A stretch of DNA of 18,890 nt. Source: a virus. A model generated the notes under the pieces. It saw only the letters and a program-made list of their open reading frames with translations. It was not told the origin of the DNA and searched no databases. This document shows, piece after piece, positions 15,558 through 18,890 of the stretch. Within the stretch, counting starts at the first letter, position 1; each line of letters begins with the position of its first letter. Made by a program: the position numbers and the translations under genes. The stretch lies in UHGV virus genome UHGV-0367476; one strand, 5' to 3'.

Positions 15558-15854
15558 ATGCAGGAGTACGAAAAGGGGTTCATTGCACTGGCAGTCATGG
15601 GGGCGCTGATTGCGCTGGGTAAATTGCTCAACAGTGATGAACCGATCACCCTTCGTCTGGTGGCGGGGCGTGTCATTGTGGGCAGCGGGCTGTCACTGAT
15701 TGCCGGGGTGGCGCTGTACTTTGTCCCGGATATTCATCCGCTCGCGCTGGCCGGATTTGGCTCTGCGTTGGGTATTCTGGGACAGAACGTGGTGGAAGCC
15801 TGGCTGCGTAAGCGGGGGTTTACAGGGATTTTTGATAAAGGGACAGGGAAATGA
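15558..15854 (+). CDS. Holin (three predicted transmembrane segments), 98 aa
   Basis: Hydrophobic stretches GFIALAVMGALIALGKLL, VIVGSGLSLIAGVALYFV, LALAGFGSALGILGQNVV; charged C-terminus; immediately upstream of and overlapping the endolysin gene. Confidence 0.8.
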   Translation: MQEYEKGFIALAVMGALIALGKLLNSDEPITLRLVAGRVIVGSGLSLIAGVALYFVPDIHPLALAGFGSALGILGQNVVEAWLRKRGFTGIFDKGTGK

Positions 15855-16192
15855 CTCTGAGCGAAAAACAGCAACTCTTTACCGTTATGGTGGCAAATCT
15901 GATCCAGTGGGCTGAAGAACATGGCTACCGGCTGACGTTTGGTGAGGCTTACCGTACCCCGGAACAGGCTGCACTGAACGCGAAAAAAGGCAGCGGCATT
16001 TCCAGCAGTCTGCACACGCAGCGTCTGGCCGTGGACTTCAATCTGTTCATTAATGGCCAGTATCAGACCGACAGCGCGGCGTATCTGCCGCTGGGTGAAT
16101 ACTGGGAATCGCTGGGTGGTTCATGGGGCGGTCGCTTCAAATCCCGCCCTGATGGTAATCATTTCAGCCTGGAACATAACGGGGTGCGCTGA
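15851..16192 (+). CDS. Endolysin, peptidase M15 (L-alanyl-D-glutamate / VanY-like zinc peptidase), 113 aa
   Basis: Motifs AYRTPEQ, LAVDF and DGNHF consistent with the M15 zinc-binding H...D...H arrangement; sits between holin and spanins. Confidence 0.85.
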   Translation: MTLSEKQQLFTVMVANLIQWAEEHGYRLTFGEAYRTPEQAALNAKKGSGISSSLHTQRLAVDFNLFINGQYQTDSAAYLPLGEYWESLGGSWGGRFKSRPDGNHFSLEHNGVR

Positions 16193-16524
16193 TGGATCGC
16201 GTCGTGTCAGGCTGGTTATTCACCCTTGCTCTGGCATTTATAGCCGGCTGGAAAACGGCCGGCTGGCAGCGGGACAGTGTTGATCTGACTGTCTCAAAAG
16301 CGGTCACCGCGACCGGGGAACAACTGGCTGAAATTGCCGGTTCATCTGGTCGCCGGCTGGAAGACAAACTGGAGGCACTGAAAAATGCGCCACCGCGTGA
16401 AATCCGCACGGAAGTGGTTAAGCCGGTATTTACCAATAAGTGTCTGTCTGATGACTTTGTCCGCATGTACAACGACGCCGTCACCAGTACCGAACGTACG
16501 TTATCAGGAAAACCTGAAAACTAA
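16192..16524 (+). CDS. i-spanin (Rz-like), N-terminal transmembrane anchor, 110 aa
   Basis: N-terminal TMD WLFTLALAFIAGW followed by charged periplasmic domain; start overlaps endolysin stop (TGATG). Confidence 0.75.
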   Translation: MDRVVSGWLFTLALAFIAGWKTAGWQRDSVDLTVSKAVTATGEQLAEIAGSSGRRLEDKLEALKNAPPREIRTEVVKPVFTNKCLSDDFVRMYNDAVTSTERTLSGKPEN

Positions 16525-16684
16525 ATGCGCCACGCAGCTGCCGCGCCTGAGTGGAACGCAGGGAAAAAATGCGGCGGAATTACTGACACTTTATCTGGAG
16601 TTATACGGGCAGTGTGCTGCACGGCATAACGCGCTTGTTGATGAAATTAATTTAAGAGAGAACGTTATTTATGGAAAAAATTAA
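16385..16684 (+). CDS. o-spanin (Rz1-like lipoprotein), overlapped +1 frame with the i-spanin 3' end and extending beyond it, 99 aa
   Basis: Signal peptide with lipobox L-S-A-C, Pro/Thr-rich mature N-terminus (CTTTPSPVP), additional Cys residues; GGAGG ribosome-binding site. Confidence 0.75.
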   Translation: MRHRVKSARKWLSRYLPISVCLMTLSACTTTPSPVPNVRYQENLKTKCATQLPRLSGTQGKNAAELLTLYLELYGQCAARHNALVDEINLRENVIYGKN

Positions 16685-16928
16685 TCTGGTTGTATGCGAA
16701 AAAGAAATCACCTTTGAACCGAATCAGACCGCTTATAATAAGTTCATCAACGAAATGGCGATGGATAATAAAGTGGCACCTGCACACAATTATCTTGTGC
16801 GCATTGTGTCTGCTGAAAGTAAAGAGGCGCTGGATGATATTCTGAAACGTCCGGGCGCAGCGATCCAGTTGGCCGGGAAAGTGAATGAACTTTATGCGCC
16901 AGAACTGGAAATTGAAGTAAAAAACTGA
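16671..16928 (+). CDS. Tail assembly chaperone (P2 gpE / lambda gpG analogue), 85 aa
   Basis: Small acidic protein immediately upstream of the tape measure gene; ends in slippery sequence A_AAA_AAC. Confidence 0.7.
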   Translation: MEKINLVVCEKEITFEPNQTAYNKFINEMAMDNKVAPAHNYLVRIVSAESKEALDDILKRPGAAIQLAGKVNELYAPELEIEVKN

Positions 16929-17119
16929 CAAAACGAGTCCGGGCAATTGAACAGAACGGACTCGAACAGTATTTAATTTTGCGTCGCCATTATTTACCAC
17001 ACGGTCAGGATTCCGTGGATGATATTTCCGCTGCGATCTGGCTGGATAATCGCCACTGGGAAAATATGCGAATAGCGGTTGCTAACGGAATCAGCACTGC
17101 ATTTAAAGGCACGGAATGA
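16671..17119 (+). CDS. Tail assembly chaperone frameshift fusion (E+E' / G-T analogue), about 149 aa via -1 ribosomal frameshift at 16919-16925
   Basis: The -1 frame is open for 64 codons from 16925 to stop TGA at 17117-17119 with no start codon of its own; stop overlaps the tape measure ATG. Confidence 0.65.
16919..16964 (+). promoter_or_regulatory. Programmed -1 frameshift signal: slippery heptamer A_AAA_AAC (16919-16925) plus downstream hairpin CGAGTCCG-15nt-CGGACTCG (16934-16964)
   Basis: Heptamer is in the X_XXY_YYZ register of the chaperone frame; perfect 8-bp stem begins 8 nt after the heptamer. Confidence 0.65.
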
Positions 17120-18890
17120 AACAGTTAGATTTTACATTAAGCCTGATTGATAAGCTGACGCGCCCGTTAAAACAGGCGCAGGGCAGCGTCACCGGCTTTG
17201 CGGAAAAATCAAAAGCGGCCTTTTCGCAGATTGGTGGCGGCGTGCTGGGACTGGTTGGCACGGGAATGGCCATAAAAGGCGCGTTATCGCCGGCTATCGA
17301 AATGTACGACGCGCTGAATGATGCCGCTGCAAAAGGGATTGATAACCAGGCATTAAAGACCGTACAGCGTGACGCGCTCCGGTTCAGCATGACCTACGGT
17401 GCCAGCGCGGTGGAGTTCGTCAAATCCACAGAGAACATTAACGCGTCCATTGCCGGCCTTACCGCCAGCGAGTTGCCGAAAGTGACGAAGGTCGCTAATA
17501 CGCTGGCATTTGCCCTGAAATCCACATCCGCCGACACGGCGGAGTTCATGGGGCAGATGTACGGTAACTTTTCCGACGATGCGGCGCGGCTGGGTAAAGT
17601 CCAGTTCGCCGAGCAACTGGCGGGAAAAATGGTGTATATGCGCAAGGTCTTCGGTACCGAAATGGGGACCATCAAAGACCTGATGGAAGGGGCGCGGGGT
17701 GTCGGGACTAACTACGGCGTCGGGCTGGATGAACAGCTGGCGGTGCTGGGGCAGCTCAACCGTACGCTGGGAACAGAAGCCAGCAGCGCTTACGAAGGCT
17801 TCATGACCGGCGCGATGGAGGGCGCTAAAAAGCTGGGGCTGTCCTTTACGGACTCCACCGGCAAAATGCTGTCCATGCCTGAAATGCTGATCAAGCTGCA
17901 GGGCAAATACGGCAAAAGCCTGGAAGGGAACCTGAAAGCCCAGGCGGAGCTGGATGCGGCATTTGGTGACAGTTCAGCGGTGATAAAACATCTGTACGGC
18001 AATGTGGCGTTACTGCAGCGTAATATCACCGAACTGGGCGGCTCTGACGGGCTGAAGCGTACACAGGAGATGGCCGGGAAGCTGGTCAAGCCGTGGGATC
18101 GCTTTGTACAAATCCTCAAAGCCATTCAGACGGTGATCGGACTGACGTTGATCCCGGTTCTGTACCCGGTCCTGAACCGTCTGGCCGATATGGGGCAGAC
18201 GTTCGGCCGCTGGATGCAGATGTTTCCCAATATTGCGCGGGTGATTGGTTACGTGCAGCTTGCGCTGTTTGGTGTGGCGGCAGCGGGCGCGGTGACAAAT
18301 ATTGTCATGGGCGTCTCAAAATTTATCCTGGTGGGACTGAAGGGACTCTGGAGCGCCCTGACGCTGGTCACGAAGATTTACACGGCCACGGTCTGGGTTG
18401 CCTCCAAGGCTGTTGTGGTGTGGAACCTGACGCTGAAATTCCTGCGGGGTACGCTGCTGGCCGTGCGTATGGCGGCGATAATGGCCGGTATTGGCATCAA
18501 CCTGATGAGCTGGCCGGTTCTGCTGGTTATCGGGGCGATTGCTCTGCTGGCTGCCGGGTGTTATCTGCTGATTAAACACTGGGATGATGTGAAAGCGGCG
18601 GTGATGAATACGGCAGCGTTTACCGCCGTGGCTGGTGTGGTGGAATGGCTTGCCGGCGTGTTTTCCGCTGCGTGGCAATGGATCACGGACGGCTGGAACA
18701 GCTTTATTGCGCTGCTGACCGGGTTTTCACCGTCACAGGCGTTAAGCGGCATGGCCAGCGGGATTGTTTCCCTGTTTGATAACGTCTGGCAGACCATCAA
18801 AGGCGGGTTCCTGAAATCGTGGAACTGGATTGTCGGAAAACTCAATAAAATTCCGGGCGTCGATATTTCACTGGCGAACGAATCTCAACC
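17116..18890 (+). CDS. Tail tape measure protein, 5' portion (591 codons; continues past window end)
   Basis: Every codon from ATG 17116 to the window edge was checked by hand and no stop found; Ala/Gly-rich with long hydrophobic segments typical of tape measure proteins; absent from the ORF track, presumably because no stop lies in the window. Confidence 0.85.
   Translation, partial: MKQLDFTLSLIDKLTRPLKQAQGSVTGFAEKSKAAFSQIGGGVLGLVGTGMAIKGALSPAIEMYDALNDAAAKGIDNQALKTVQRDALRFSMTYGASAVEFVKSTENINASIAGLTASELPKVTKVANTLAFALKSTSADTAEFMGQMYGNFSDDAARLGKVQFAEQLAGKMVYMRKVFGTEMGTIKDLMEGARGVGTNYGVGLDEQLAVLGQLNRTLGTEASSAYEGFMTGAMEGAKKLGLSFTDSTGKMLSMPEMLIKLQGKYGKSLEGNLKAQAELDAAFGDSSAVIKHLYGNVALLQRNITELGGSDGLKRTQEMAGKLVKPWDRFVQILKAIQTVIGLTLIPVLYPVLNRLADMGQTFGRWMQMFPNIARVIGYVQLALFGVAAAGAVTNIVMGVSKFILVGLKGLWSALTLVTKIYTATVWVASKAVVVWNLTLKFLRGTLLAVRMAAIMAGIGINLMSWPVLLVIGAIALLAAGCYLLIKHWDDVKAAVMNTAAFTAVAGVVEWLAGVFSAAWQWITDGWNSFIALLTGFSPSQALSGMASGIVSLFDNVWQTIKGGFLKSWNWIVGKLNKIPGVDISLANESQ

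Larger units (their letters stand above)
1..18890. mobile_element. P2-like temperate prophage (integrase end through tape measure gene; continues beyond right edge; left att core likely at or left of position ~100)
   Basis: Gene order int-C-cox ... Q-P / O-N-M-L with product sizes close to P2 counterparts; contractile-tail and lysis genes follow. Confidence 0.9.

Noticed and set aside
17103-18845. Minus-strand ORFs of 60-120 aa listed by the track over the right end
   Set aside because: All lie inside the long, uninterrupted plus-strand tape measure frame; antisense artefacts.
1-18890. CRISPR arrays, IS elements/transposases, toxin-antitoxin pairs, restriction-modification or other canonical defence systems
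   Set aside because: No repeat-spacer periodicity, no transposase-like ORF or terminal inverted repeats, and no ORF with recognisable defence-system signatures; the accessory candidates are reported as findings with explicit uncertainty.

Overview
The whole window reads as one slice of an integrated P2-like temperate myophage, running from the integrase end into the tail genes; coding density is very high. Left to right: att-proximal repeats and hairpins (1-185); integrase (-); C-type immunity repressor (-) divergent from cox (+); an AT-rich accessory block (111-aa hypothetical, DEDDh 3'-5' exonuclease, 74-aa ORF); a large Zn-ribbon/Toprim/Walker-A primase-helicase in place of P2 A/B; a small AT-rich ClpX-zinc-finger-like gene; a convergent hairpin with a cos-like sequence; an Ogr/Delta-type zinc-finger late activator (-); portal Q and large terminase P (-); scaffold O, major capsid N, small terminase M, a 63-aa coupled ORF, head completion L (+); two neck/tail-completion genes (R-like by position, S-like); putative sheath and tube; a lysis cassette (holin, M15 peptidase endolysin, overlapped i-/o-spanins); a tail assembly chaperone with a -1 programmed frameshift; and a tape measure protein that runs off the window end and is absent from the ORF track. 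No rRNA, tRNA, CRISPR array or IS element was seen. The loci most worth follow-up are the two AT-rich accessory loci flanking the replication gene (1943-3078 and 5778-6095), the lysis cassette sitting between tube and chaperone, and the shared GTCCACA/CACATGTG motifs at the int end and in the C/cox switch. All homology statements are from reading the translations and recalling the P2 proteins, not from any search; no defence system could be positively identified.
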